Below the pieces are notes generated by a model that saw only the letters and a program-made list of their open reading frames with translations, did no database searches and was not told the DNA's origin. Of a stretch of DNA of 42,162 bases, positions 11,240 through 23,864 are shown one piece after another. Both the position numbers and the translations under genes were made by a program. Source of the stretch: Octopus bimaculoides (Eukaryota); contig NC_068983.1 of the NCBI RefSeq assembly GCF_001194135.2, forward strand, positions 133,124,785 to 133,166,946, given 5' to 3'. Position 1 is the first letter of the stretch. The number at the start of each line of letters is the position of its first letter.

Positions 11240-11460
11240 TCAGGAGGAGGAAGAGGAGGAGGAGGAGGAGGAGGAGGAGGAGGAGGTGGACGAGGAGAAG
11301 TTGGCGGGGAGGAGAATGGTAGTGGTAACAACCGCCACGGTGATAACCATGATGATCATCATCATCATCATATTAATCATCGTCATCATCATGAAGATAA
11401 TGATGACGATCATGATGGTGATGATGGTGATGATGGTGATGATGTCGATGATGAAGTTTC
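11240..11460 (+). repeat. (GGA)n and (GAT/CAT)n low-complexity tract
   Basis: Direct reading. Confidence 0.9.
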
Positions 11461-11897
11461 TATTGCTGCTTTTGGTGGTGAAAGTAGGCAAAGTTGGGAA
11501 AGACACCTGGTGTGGGTATCATGGTGGCAGGGGTAAGGGTTGATATATTTCATAATTAGATAAATTTACTGATCGGTAGTTTGGTCTGTATTGGGAGTAG
11601 GGTAGCAAGTGAGGGTTGTGGAGAGGAAGTAACACAAAGAGATTCACAGACAGACACACTGATAAATAAAAGAGCATGTATATATATATATGTGTGGGGG
11701 ATGTGGGTGGGGGTGTGGGTGTCTATGTCTGTGCGTTCGCAATATGCGTGTGGGTGGGTTTTTGTGTCTGTGACTGTGTGAGTGTCTGTGTGTACGTCTA
11801 CATATTTATGTGTGTATGTATGTATATATATATATGTGTGTATATATGTATGTGTGTATGTATATATACAGATACCTGTGTAAATATGTGAGTAAAT

Positions 11898-11948
<51 letters not shown>

Positions 11949-12100
11949 TGAATGATTGATTGATTGATTGAGTGAGTGAGTGAGTGAGTGAGTGGAATGT
12001 TTAGGCAAACGTAAGAGGAGATAAATGAATAGCGGAGGGAAAGAGAGATGGACAGATGTAGCAGAAAGGTAAACAGGCACATACACACATGCTAACATTA

Positions 12101-12102
<2 letters not shown>

Positions 12103-12131
<29 letters not shown>

Positions 12132-12644
12132 CATACATACATACATACATACGCACATAAACTCAGACAGGCAAGCGATGCATCAGTCAGAGAATAAGAA
12201 TATGAAAGACGGAAAAAGAATAAAGCAGAAATAGTCTAATGTGATGGTATAATTCCACTAACCCAAATCTGGCGTATATAGAACAATCATATTATACTTA
12301 CAAAACGTGCAGATGTTAATGGCAAATCTTCATTGATACTTGGTCACATTGATCTTAGGATTGCTAGATTACGTCTGCGTCCTTAACGTTGTGATATACG
12401 GTTTATGGGGAGACATGTAGCAAGATTTAACTGTCAAAATGTATAAATATACGTGTATATGTACGTGTGTGCATGAATGTATGTGTATGTGTGTGTATAT
12501 GCATATATCTATTCTTATATNNNNNNNNNNNNNNNNNNNNNNNNNNNNNNNNNNNNNNNNNNNNNNNNNNNNNNNNNNNNNNNNNNNNNNNNNNNNNNNN
12601 NNNNNNNNNNNNNNNNNNNNNNNNNNNNNNNNNNNNNNNNNNNN

Positions 12645-12678
<34 letters not shown>

Positions 12679-12826
12679 TGTATAGTTCGATCAGATACAT
12701 ACATACATACATGCATGCATGCATACATACATACGTACATACATACATACATACATACGCACACACACATACATACATACATACATACATACATACATAC
12801 ATACATACATACATACATACATACAT
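12103..12826 (+). repeat. (CATA)n arrays (about 12103-12150 and 12695-12826) around a gap, with (TAGA)n
   Basis: Direct reading. Confidence 0.9.
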
Positions 12827-13160
12827 GAAGCACAATTGATCTGATATAATGATTTACGAATAGATAAGAGAAACTGCTCAGTTGTGGAAATTAGCGAGAT
12901 GTTGTCATAAATCTGAAGATCAGTGGAAAATGGAACACATTTGCTGAACTATTGAGAAATGTGTAGTTACTTTATCCAGATTACAAGCTCAGGTTTATAC
13001 CTGTAATTATTGGGGCCCTGGGATATGTAACACACTGTCTAAATAGCAATTTGAGATAGTAGGCTTCTCAAACCCAGAAAGTAGAAAGCTAATTCGAAGA
13101 CTACAGATCCAATCCATCACTGGAACTGTAAAAATCTGTAAAACAATATGTTTATCATTT
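12827..13160 (+). mobile_element. R4/Dong-type non-LTR retrotransposon, restriction-like endonuclease C-terminus (decayed)
   Basis: Frameshifted translation: KHN*SDIMI...NCSVVEIS...YPDYKLRFIPVIIGALGYVTHCLNSNL/GFSNPESRKLIRRLQIQSITGTVKICKT. This matches the KHNRPD..VEIS..IIGALG..LQ..GT pattern of RLE elements. Confidence 0.8.
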
Positions 13161-13192
13161 AAATAAATATGTTTCTAAATAAATATGTTTTT

Positions 13193-14385
13193 GAGAGCAA
13201 CGCGACACACGTGATGCCATTCGCCTATTCTCGGTCTCTGTTTGATCCACGACTGCAGTTCGACCAAGAAGACGAGTTGCGGGAAAGCGCACCGCACAAA
13301 CGGTGCACACCTGTTCACAGTCGTCTATGAAGCGCCGGAGATGTCGCAGTCTCAGCGCATGTCTACGCATCATCATTCACAGCATGCCTAGCCTTCATTT
13401 AGCAGATGTTGACAGCAAATGGATCGCCTAACCTTCGGAACCATTGGACGCGATGTCAGTTCTAAGTGCCTCTTCTAATTTCTTAACTAGTTCTCCCTCT
13501 ATTTTATTTCGGTCTAATGCTAGGGCCTTACTGTACCTAACCGATTCTGCTTTAATTGCTTTTTTTAGGGCATACCACCGTCTGTTGTTGATGATGGCAC
13601 CCGTCAATACTATCTTAACTATTGGGCTAATCTGGTTCCTGTAAACCTGGCGTGCCGTGAACGACGCGTTCAGCTTCCAGTAACCGGGAACCTGCCTATG
13701 CGTCTTATCTAAGTCAAGTGTACAAGTCACAAATTTGTGGTCTGTGTAGCTGACTATATGGAATTGTGGACAACCTACACTATCCTTATCCACTGTCCTA
13801 CAGAATACTCTAAGTACGAACTGGACGACCCGATGCGGTTGCTCCATGTCCACATTGGCACAGTCGGTACCTGTCAGACAGTTAGAAACATCTGAGCAGA
13901 TCTTTGAGGCATTTGCATCTCTGTCCACGTAATCTAGATGCATGTCCAGGGTAGCGTTCCAATCCCCCCACTAAAAGTAAAGGTCGAGACGTACCCAGGA
14001 AAGCCTCCAGACGTCGAAAGAAATCTGGCCGGCCTGTAAAGGCCGGTGCATAAACTGTTATCAGTCGAAAAGCATACCCATTGCTGCCATTGACATCCAA
14101 GTCTCCCAGCCTACTCTCCGAGTCTAGGTAAATTGCTCTTACTTTGAGGTCCAGACTCATCCGAAAAAGCACCGCAGTGCCACCTCCGCCCGTTCTCGGC
14201 AGACACAGAGAAAAATAAATATTGAAATGTCCACCGAACATGTGCTGTAATGCCCGCGCGCTGTGGTATCTGGTCTCGCTGATGGCTATGATATGCAAAT
14301 TTTGTAACTTGATGTCATTTAACAGGTAGCCTTGCTTCCAAGGCGACCCCAAGCCATGTACATTTATACTGCCTATTTTGAGCAT
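13193..14385 (-). mobile_element. L1/Tx1-clade LINE ORF2 5' part: APE endonuclease plus linker, frameshifted, RT absent
   Basis: ORF 13882-14385 (MLKIGSINVHGL...IIAISETR...GGGGTAVLF...ITVYAP...LLLVGG) and ORF 13428-13943 (...TDHKFV...PGYWKLNAS...RWYALKKAIK) carry the APE and post-APE GxWKLN motifs typical of L1/Tx1. Confidence 0.88.
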
Positions 14386-14479
14386 GTTCCTGTGGAAATT
14401 TATGTTTTACACACGAAAGGAAGACGAAAGAGAAAGAGAGAGGAAGAGAGAGTCACTTAATGTTCGAAAGTTCTTTGTT

Positions 14480-14964
14480 CTTCATCTCACAGTCTTATCC
14501 CAGGAAGTTTTTGCATAGTTTTTTAGACAGGTATTTTTGAAATTTCCCTGCTGCATCAGGGTAGAGAGATTTCGGGGTGCTGTGTGTGTTCTGTGTTATG
14601 TGTATGAATTTGATGTGGGCTTTTTTTTAGATATTTTTTGTAATGTTTTCAGGTGTTTGTAATTGAATGTTGACTTCATATTTTGTAAACATTTCTTTGC
14701 GGGCAACTAATTCTTCCTTGGAAAAATGCATTATTCTTTTCTGTGGCTTCAATGCCGCGGCAAAATTGTTATCTTATCTGTGTTGGTTGTGGTGGTGATG
14801 GCGATGGTGGTGGTAGCAGTGGTGGAAGCAGTGATTATAGTAACAGAAGCATTTGTGCCTTCTAAGGCTTGTGTGCGTTCACGCGGAACGGCTTTGCTTT
14901 CAGCTTCTTTTGCCTCTAGCATTGGTAGAGGCCGGAAGTTGGCCTCATGGTTTCGCTTAGCCAT
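14480..14964 (-). pseudogene. Possible ORF1 remnant of the same Tx1-like element
   Basis: MAKRNHEANFRPLPMLEAKEAESK...Thr-rich..., with broken reading continuing to about 14480. It lies directly upstream of and co-oriented with ORF2. No recognisable domain; positional inference only. Confidence 0.3.
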
Positions 14965-15157
14965 ATTTGTTTAGAAATATGGCAAGAAAATCAAAGAAAA
15001 TAGAAATGCAAATAGGTTTGAAACTGCCCCTAGGGGTCAGTTCGTCCCTTGAGAATACACTCAAACGAAAGCTGGGTGCTTTACACACCTTGTGTACACA
15101 TAATAAAAATCACTCATTTACACAAACACACACATATGTACAAGTATGTTTTCACAC

Positions 15158-15520
15158 GAAGGCGCAGGCACGGATGTGTGGTAAGAAGCTTGTTCCCAGT
15201 TCAGTCCCACAGTGTGGCACCTTGGGAGAGTAACATCTACTATAGCCTCAAGCCAACCAAAGCCTTGTGAGTGGATTTGGTAGACGGAAATTGAAAGAAG
15301 CCCGTCATGTATCTATATGTATATGTATATATTTATTTGTATCTGTCTATGTATGCATATATGTAGGTATGTATGTATCTCCATTATGGTGGGGGGGGGC
15401 GTGTGTGAGTGTGTGTGAGCGTGTGTGTGTGTTTGTTTGTTCTCACCTATTGGTGACCAGTGCTGGTTTGTTTACGTTCCCGTAAGATAGCAGTTCGGCA
15501 ACTGAGACCAGTAAAATAAG
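15158..15520 (+). mobile_element. CORE-like tRNA SINE with internal (TATG)/(GT) microsatellite
   Basis: GGCGCAGGCACGGATGTGTGGTAAGAAGCTTG...GTTCAGTCCCAC..TGGCACCTTGGGAGAGT...GTAGACGGAAATTGAAAGAAGCCCGTC, then microsatellite, then GTTTACGTTCCCGTAA...GTTCGGC. Confidence 0.85.
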
Positions 15521-16352
15521 ACGGATGAATAATTACATATTTCTGTTTTGTACCTTTTCCGTTCAGATATACGCTTCAAGTTTACAAATTTCGAAAATGA
15601 CCATAATACCAATAAAGTGTCTACCGGACCATTTGACCTAGAAGTTCTAACAATTGTGTGTTCCGCAAATCACCCTTTAGAAAGGGATATACACGTTGAA
15701 TATTATAGTTTAAGATATATTATTCTAGAAACCAAAGATATCGTATTTGCGGGGCGTATAACTATAAGATAATTCTCTGGTGTACTAAGACTAAGCAACA
15801 ACAATTACAGCCAGTAAAGAAAACATGCGACGTATAACAATGGTGTTGAGAAAATAATTGCTATTGTCACATCGAAAGGATAAGGGAGGCGATGTTGCAA
15901 ATAGATTTGAAAGGGTTGAAAGGTGTCAGTGAATAGAAGAAAAGTAAGTGCTTTTAATAACTTCCCTGAAGTGGCAATCGATTAGATTATTTCTAGGAAA
16001 TTCCACTATTCAAAACAGCAACTATATATATATATATACGCTAAGGTATATATCAATGTACAGTTATGATGGTATGTTCCACCGAACATGCATAGATCTA
16101 TCTAACTACTTATCTATCTCTCTGTCAGTCTGTCGGTCTGTCTGTGTATCTATCTTTCTCTTTGTGTATTTATATGTATATTCATTTAATTCTGTATATA
16201 ATGTATTTATTTTTCTACATGCAAATACACAAACACACATAGGTGTATGTATATACATAGATAATTATTGCCATTCATGAATTTTTTCTTAAATCTCATT
16301 AATTCCCCCTTCTGATTTGGTCTTTCTGTCTCACTGTTTCTCTCTCTGCCTG

Positions 16353-16466
<114 letters not shown>

Positions 16467-16809
16467 ATGGTGTAGTCGATATGTGATCTGAAAGTGTTTT
16501 CCTTCTTATTTTAGCAAGTGAATAGATTATGTACACAATTTCTCACTGGTTTTTATAGAAATACATGAAATATTTTGTAAATGATGGTGCACAATCAGCA
16601 TATGCTGAGGATTGTGAATTTTCATCCGGACTTAACGTAAAGATATTGACAAAAGATGGATCATCATCAACAGCATCACCGCCATCATCGTCGACTGTAG
16701 ATTAGGTTTTAAGAGAGGTTTAGCTACTATATCGAGCAAGTTGAGTGATGTGGAGAAGCTGCCACCGTGACTCACAAAAGGTATATATTACTTATTAGAT
16801 GAGTCTGGG

Positions 16810-17225
16810 AGATGGGGCAAGACCCATGGCCCTTGTAAAAGGATGGAGCTTAGTACATGCAGGGAAAACATGAGCAATAAGGACATTCCTGTGACCAGAT
16901 ATTCTTGGGAGGAAAGACTGAGGAAATTGGTCAATGACAGGTTGGGGTTGGGTATTCAAAGTGACAATTATAAGAGATGTAGAGACAGATGTCCGCTAAA
17001 GTGAAGGAGGCATGATACTAGCAAGCTCTGAGTATCAGACTCCGTTGTAGTGACGAAAGAGAAGTTTGAGAAAGGAGACAGGAGACAGCATGTCCGTGGG
17101 CAAGAGACTTCAGTGTGCCAAATAGAGGTTCCATATCATTTATTCTGCACAGCAGCATTATTACCAGTTATTTGGGGGGAAGTATTCCATTGCAGGCCTC
17201 GTTTGGGTCTTGTGGTTTACTGAAG
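16810..17225 (-). mobile_element. Decayed LINE ORF2 C-terminus (CR1/L2/Jockey group)
   Basis: Minus-strand translation across frameshifts: KTQTRPAMEY...SLAHGHAVS..LFRHYNGV*YSELASIMPP...SFLPRISGHRNVLIAHVFP. This resembles YKxQxRPxMEY...SLxHRRxV...FYRYYxG.CSxEL...SFxPRTxxLWNxLPxxVFP. Confidence 0.65.
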
Positions 17226-17593
17226 TAGTTAATGAAATCAGATAAACACTTTTAAAACTTTATACAAGAACTGAGGTAACACGGATGAATATTTTGAGAA
17301 CTATATATTCACCACATAACATTGATAGAGAACGTACTTGATATATAATACAGACTTATGTGTAAGTGTGAATTTAACCAGATCTACTCAATATTATGTA
17401 CAATAAATGGATAGAAAAAATGTGAAATCCCAAATGAAACCTGTATATTTATTGATGTATTTCATAGATGAGAAAAACTACGAAGTGTCAAACAATTGCA
17501 TTTCAGCTCACATTTATTTAAAAAAATTTTCTCGATTCCATTACAGTAGAGCATCCAGAACTTTTAAACAAAAATGTCAAAAACTTTCCACAG

Positions 17594-17616
17594 ATATATA
17601 TATATATGCGTGCGTG

Positions 17617-17652
<36 letters not shown>

Positions 17653-17669
17653 GGTGTGAGTGTGTGTGT

Positions 17670-17735
<66 letters not shown>
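17594..17735. repeat. Compound (AT)n(GT)n(AC)n(AT)n microsatellite
   Basis: Direct reading. Confidence 0.9.
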
Positions 17736-17737
<2 letters not shown>

Positions 17738-18751
17738 CAAACATATTTAATGTAGATATACGTATATGTATATATGTCCACACACGTATTTATGTAAGTA
17801 TGTATGTATGTATGTATGCATTATAGCTATATTTGTCTGCAATAAAAGAAAAATATTTATATTTTGCATTTCTGATTTTTCAGGTGAATACAAGAAATAT
17901 AAAAAATAGGTGTGAAAAGGTAATGTGATTTTATTTTACTTGCTTAATCGCATGTTGTATTATTTTCTCCTCATATTTTGTGTTTTTCATTTGTCATCTT
18001 ATTTCCGTTCCGTACAATATGAAATTCCTCTGATGTGTCAATCAGTGAACACACACAGACACACAGACACACATACACACATACACACACTTTATACCAT
18101 GATATATATATATATATATGTATGTATGTATGTATATATGTATTTATCTATACACGCACACACATATGCATACATATGTATATATGTTCATGCATATGTT
18201 CTTGCGTGACTCAGTATTGCTGTATATTTATGCACATGCGTTATAAGATGGGTCGTGTAATTCGAAATAATATGTGAAGTAGAAAATGGTAATAATGCCA
18301 ACAATGTAAATACAAACTACCAATAAAACGTTTCAAGTTTTGTTTTATATGAACAACTGTGCATTCACAACATTGAATCTGAAATAACAGAAAGGATTAT
18401 GTGTTTCTGTGGAACGTTTACCTCAGTGTGCATTTGATTAAATTAATGTTTCATAGACTTAGAATGAACAGGTATACTTTTATGACATATAGTTTAAATA
18501 ATTTCAATACGAAATATCTCCAAATATATTTTATAGTATAGAAATTTTAGTTTTTCTGATAGCTAAAATATTTTCATGTCTTCAACAAAAAATAGTAAAC
18601 GTGTTTTTCTATTGTAATCTTACATACTTATTTCATTGTTTCATTGCCTATCTACCTGTCCCTACATTAACACATTAACTGAGCCATCCTTTCCAGAATT
18701 TCATCCCCGTGAAACTATGCATTTCTATGCATAGGGATCGGCGTATGGCAA

Positions 18752-19180
18752 AAATGCAGGCGTGACTGCGTGATAAGAAGTTTTCTTCGCAACGACATGG
18801 TTCCGTGTTCAGTAACACTGCGTGGCACCTTGGCCAAGTGTTTCGACTATTGTCTCGAATCGACCTAAGACCTGTGCGAGGATACGATAGACGGAAAGAA
18901 TCCCTTCCTATTTATAAATGTGTGTGTGCGTTCGTGTGTGCGTGTGTGTGTGTGTGGGTGTGTGTGTGCATGTCTGTGTGTCCTTGTGTATGTGATTGTC
19001 TCCCACCACCGCTTGACAACCTGTGATGATGTGTTTACATCCCCGTAAGTTAACGGTTCGGCAAATAAGTCCGATAGAACAAGTGACAGAACCTAAAATA
19101 TGTACTGGAGTTGATTCATTCGACAACAAATTATTTTACGCAGTGCCTCAGGATGGCCACTGTCAAATGATTGTAACAAG
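18752..19180 (+). mobile_element. CORE-like tRNA SINE with internal (GT)n, near full length
   Basis: GCAGGCGTGACTGCGTGATAAGAAG...GGTTCCGTGTTCAGT...TGGCACCTTGGCCAAGTG...TAGACGGAAAG, then (GT)n, then CCACCACCGCTTGACAACC...GTTCGGC...GATGGCCACTGTCAAATG; same family as 15158-15520. Confidence 0.85.
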
Positions 19181-20622
19181 CTGTAGAAGCGGAACCATAA
19201 CATTCGACTCGAGTCATATATAACGAACTATTCCAAATCGCTGTCAGAGTCGCCGCATAAATGAAATCAAGAACGGCTAGTTAGTACTGTGACGTTCTGT
19301 CATCCTGTCTGTCTCCTCTGTATACATATCTGTCCTCCAAACTAAATGGCCAAATTACTACCCTAACCGCATTTATGTTGAAATTTTCCTACCAATTTCT
19401 TAATATTTTTGAAATGCTTTCACTAAAGAAGTTTTGCGTAGTGGACGCATTTCTTATTATATATTTCCAAAATCTGAAATATGCGTTATAAATATGCAAT
19501 AATTTTGCGACATCACAGCCGAGAACAGAATAACTGAAAGTTTGACTTACGGGAATTGAACGCTAGTATCTTAGTTAGTGGGTAAACATACTACCAAATA
19601 CACCAAACTTTGTGTGCATCAGTTTACATATAATACAATAAACATAGAATTGAATGAGACATCTGTTTTTGCAGCAAGTCAATAATTGTTCACATTAACG
19701 TCTTTTTCTGAATTTACGCCGTATAATCAAATATTGACTTCAGTCTACTGTCTACCGTAAGAGTGAAACTTTTACGTACGTAACCTTCGGTTTTCGCTGT
19801 AAACAAATCGAATATATTTGGCAGATGTTCATGAAATGCCTATCGGGAGATTTCATTGCGTTTACTTCACCGTTATATTAGTAATACTACACTTTTCTCT
19901 TTTGGCCTTCAGTCTAATTACATACTGAACGTCTCTTTATTTGAGGAGTGGTGGTTTCGACATGTTTACATTTAATGTGAATGTTTAAAGTGATACAGAT
20001 GACCGTAAGGCCCATAATGGATATATTGTCAAAATTGGTCAACTATTTCACATAACTTCCTTGGCATTACTAAGTATAACTAGTTCAAACCTTTTAGGCT
20101 ATGTTCCCCACGCATTCCATCTAGATCATGCCACTTAATGAACGCTGCTCAATACTTTTGCTTACTAATACACATTGTCAGACCCCTAAGAAAAAAATTA
20201 TAGGTACTTTCATTTCTTATCTCTGAGAATGCTTCAATTCATTCTATTTTTGTTTTCTATTTTTTTTTTTTTTTTTCCACCGTTAAATCACACAGTTTTG
20301 CTTTCCGTTCACGATATAACATATTTTAATTTGAGACATTAAAGGAAACTCTACAAAGTCATACAGCATTCAATGAATAATAAAATATCTTCCAAATTAC
20401 ATTTTATTATCTGAATCATGAAAGTAAAATTCGGATACAACAGGTTGGATACGCAGAAAAAAGTAATTGTTGCATGGGGGAAAATTTAAGATAAACATCA
20501 TCGTCATCACCACTGCCGCCGTCATTACCAACAACACCAACATCACTGCCATCACTGCCAACACTACCACCATCACATTTCTGTTGCACACACACATACA
20601 CACAGTCATACACGCATATATA

Positions 20623-20671
20623 TTTTTTTCTTTTTTTTTGGCACTCCGGCGCTTACGACGTCGAGGGATCC
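20623..20671 (-). mobile_element. Orphan 32-bp retroposon 3' terminus with A-rich tail
   Basis: Minus strand GGATCCCTCGACGTCGTAAGCGCCGGAGTGCC followed by an A run; nearly identical to the end of the SINE at 9827-9858. Confidence 0.8.
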
Positions 20672-22408
20672 TTTGCGTCACATGAGCTCAAATCTCCTTC
20701 CATCTTCATCTAATCGTCCTCCTCTCTCCTCTCTTCCTCTCACACTTTCTTCCTTCCACCTTCTCCCTTCTTCGTCACCTCCCCCTACTTACACTACCCC
20801 TACACATTCCAGCCCTACCATCCCTATACATCCTATACCACCCCATCACTTCCTTTACACCACACTCCNNNNNNNNNNNNNNNNNNNNNNNNNNNNNNNN
20901 NNNNNNNNNNNNNNNNNNNNNNNNNNNNNNNNNNNNNNNCACCACCAAACCACACAGCACCATGCCACGCCACACCACATCCCACCACCCCGCATAAACT
21001 AGCACTGACCACTTCCCAGCACCCACACCATCATCCACATACCTACACATGCACAAGCTCACATGTACACACACGCACACGTTACCAGTCCCCATCCACC
21101 GCACATGCACGCTCTCACATACGCAAGCGCACCTTCATTTTGGGACCACAAGTACTATATTATCCCCCATTCTTCCTAGTACTCCTGTGTGACCGCTCTG
21201 TCCGGCATTCGCCATGACACTGGTTTTATTTATATAGCTGATATTAATCTAATAGTTGAAAAGGCTTCCTCGCGATCGTAAAGTCCCCTGTTAGATCATA
21301 ATTCGCGGTACCTTGAACATATATTATTTCTTGCTGATTCTTCCTGATGATTGTGTTAAATGTTCAAATATCTGTGAAATATTTAGAAGTTTCAATGCTC
21401 GTACACTGAAATAGGTAGATCAGCTTATTGTACAAACGGAAATATTCATCAACAACGCCTACACAGGTTTCAGTTAAAATTGATATCTCATACTATGTTC
21501 TATGAAATCGGTTGATGAGTCAAGGCAAGAAACAATTATGTAACGGTCCTACTGTAGTGGTGCTTTCTCTAGATTTTACCTAAAAAAACATTATTGCCTT
21601 GTCACTACGGACTTGGAGTTGTTCCATGAGTTTTGATACGCTGCGACAAGATTTGGAGTGGTGACACGAGATTTGATGTGGTGACTTTTCATGGCACGAC
21701 AATAAATTTGCTGTGGTGTTATGAGACGTAAAGCAGTACCACCAGAGATGAGGATCTACCCTGAGAGATTTACAGTGAGAGTTGCAATGGCATAATTCGC
21801 TTTCTAACCAAAAATGTTCAATTCACCTACGTCTCTTCCTTTATGGACTCAACACCTTTTGGGCATTAAATATCTAATTCATCTTTCCCGCAATATTAAC
21901 GTAATTACTAGTAGTTCATCTAGTGTGTCAGTTCAACAGACAATATCTCTCTGTTTGTACTTGTGTTTTATAACTCAACCTCACACTAATGTGTACTACC
22001 TTTAACGCGTGATGTTGCTTTGATGCCATACATCATTATTACACTAGACACGCTTGCAATAACTTAAATGTTCTAATCCATTCAAGTTAAATATGGTCAT
22101 AACATCGATGAATTATTTTTCAGGTTATCCATATCGCAACTTATTGAATCTCGCTCAATATTTGGCTACAAATCTTCTTCCATTTAATTGCTTTCTTCTA
22201 TTATATAAATCATGAACATATTAACTTATTTAGATGGAAGCCTCGCTTTCTACATTTACTTATCTCTTTCTATTTTGATGAATTTGTCTACACACCAAAT
22301 CGGTATAGAAGTTATCGTTCATAATAAGTAGTCTTAATTAGTTGTTAATTACTATTGTTATTTATATCTAGAGTTGGTTTAATGAGATTTGGAAGATAAA
22401 TTGCCTAG

Positions 22409-22527
<119 letters not shown>

Positions 22528-23574
22528 AAATTTATTTTACCAGTAATGGCACTGTTGACAATAAGAACATTATTGGTTTCTCTTTGCATAGCCAGAAAAT
22601 TCTTATGATTATTCAGGGAACTTAACAGAATATCAGTTTAGTCGTGTTTCTTTACGTTCTGGTTTCAAATCTCACCGAGAGCCACTTCGTATTTCACTCA
22701 TCTGTGTCCAATAAAATAAGTATCAGTCATTTTATGAAAACAGTCCAATCAAACATATTCCTTCAGAATGTTAGTGTGCCTTGATTAACAACCATTATGA
22801 TTCTGGGGAGCAAAATGAGAGTGTGTGCTATTGGTATATATGGTGTGTGAATTAGAGAGGTATGTGTAATGCTAGCAAATTGTTAGTTCACCGGCCCAAG
22901 AGGGACAAAAGACGAATTTTCTCGCTTTCGAAGTATTTGAACCCGATCTGAATATAATAGATCGCACAGTTTTGTTGTCATCATTGTCTTCGTTGCTCTC
23001 TGCTTGCTCCTTTCTTAGGGTCATTTTCACTCTACCACACATATGATCGAAGGTACCTCGTGTATTCTACTTGATATCAGGCATTGTGGAGATAGGACTA
23101 AATAATCAATGCCTCCTTCCTTTATAAGACGGTGGATGTGGTTTGATAGAGATTTGATTACTCGTTCTCGTAAGATATGCGTCAACATTGTTCTATGCAG
23201 AACCTTAATATAGGTTTCTGCATAGTTACACGTGTCAGTATATTTCATATGAAGGGTCCACCAGATTCCAGTTATTCTAATATCCTATTCGCACTTATCG
23301 TACACACCAGGGTGAAATATAGTAGCTAGCGGTGCAATGGAAACAAGGGTTGTAAACATATGATGCTAAATATATCCTGTTATTTTACGTCACGAGAATT
23401 ATTTATTTCGTTCTAATTACCTACTTTTCGATTTATGTTCAAAGAAAGGAAAAGTTACTAATTTAATCCACACACATACACGCCCACACACACATACACA
23501 TACATACATGCATACATAAATGCATACATGCATGCTTGTGGGCATGTATATTGACGTGCATCTGCGCAGTTATT

Positions 23575-23715
23575 GTCTACCATCAAATATTATACAGCAC
23601 AGATTAGTCCGACGAAAAGGTAGAAAATTGTTTCACAATGTTTCGCGTTCTGGGATCGATCTCTGAACTATAACGTTGATTTTGAATCATAAGCATCTAA
23701 GCCGCACTGTTATTC
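23575..23715 (-). mobile_element. Very degenerate 5' half of the CORE-like SINE
   Basis: CTACC...GTAGAAAATTGTTTCACAATG...CTGGGATCGATC...CATCTAAGCCGCAC follows the reverse complement of 15160-15290 in motif order; low identity. Confidence 0.35.
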
Positions 23716-23719
23716 ACGT

Positions 23720-23864
23720 TCCTTGGAATTCACACACTAATATGACTTTGCCTTTCATTCTTTCGAGTTCGATAAACTAAGGACCAGTTGAGCATTGGCG
23801 TCGATGTAATCGATTTACCGCTTCTCCGAAATTGCAGGCCTTCTGCCAAAATTTGAAATCAATA
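23720..23864 (+). mobile_element. Meta-like SINE, central and 3' part
   Basis: GACTTTGCCTTTCATTCTTTCGAGTTCGATAAACTAAGGACCAGTTGAGCATTGG.GTCGATGTAATCGA...GAAATTGCAGGCCTT.TGCCAAAATTTGAAA. Confidence 0.75.

Noticed and set aside
16559-16700. Possible exon KYMKYFVNDGAQSAYAEDCEFSSGLN after a TTTTATAG acceptor
   Set aside because: No good donor site and no recognisable homology.
19270-19570. Possible non-autonomous Helitron/Helentron (ends ...CGCTAGTA)
   Set aside because: No clear subterminal hairpin or second copy in the window.
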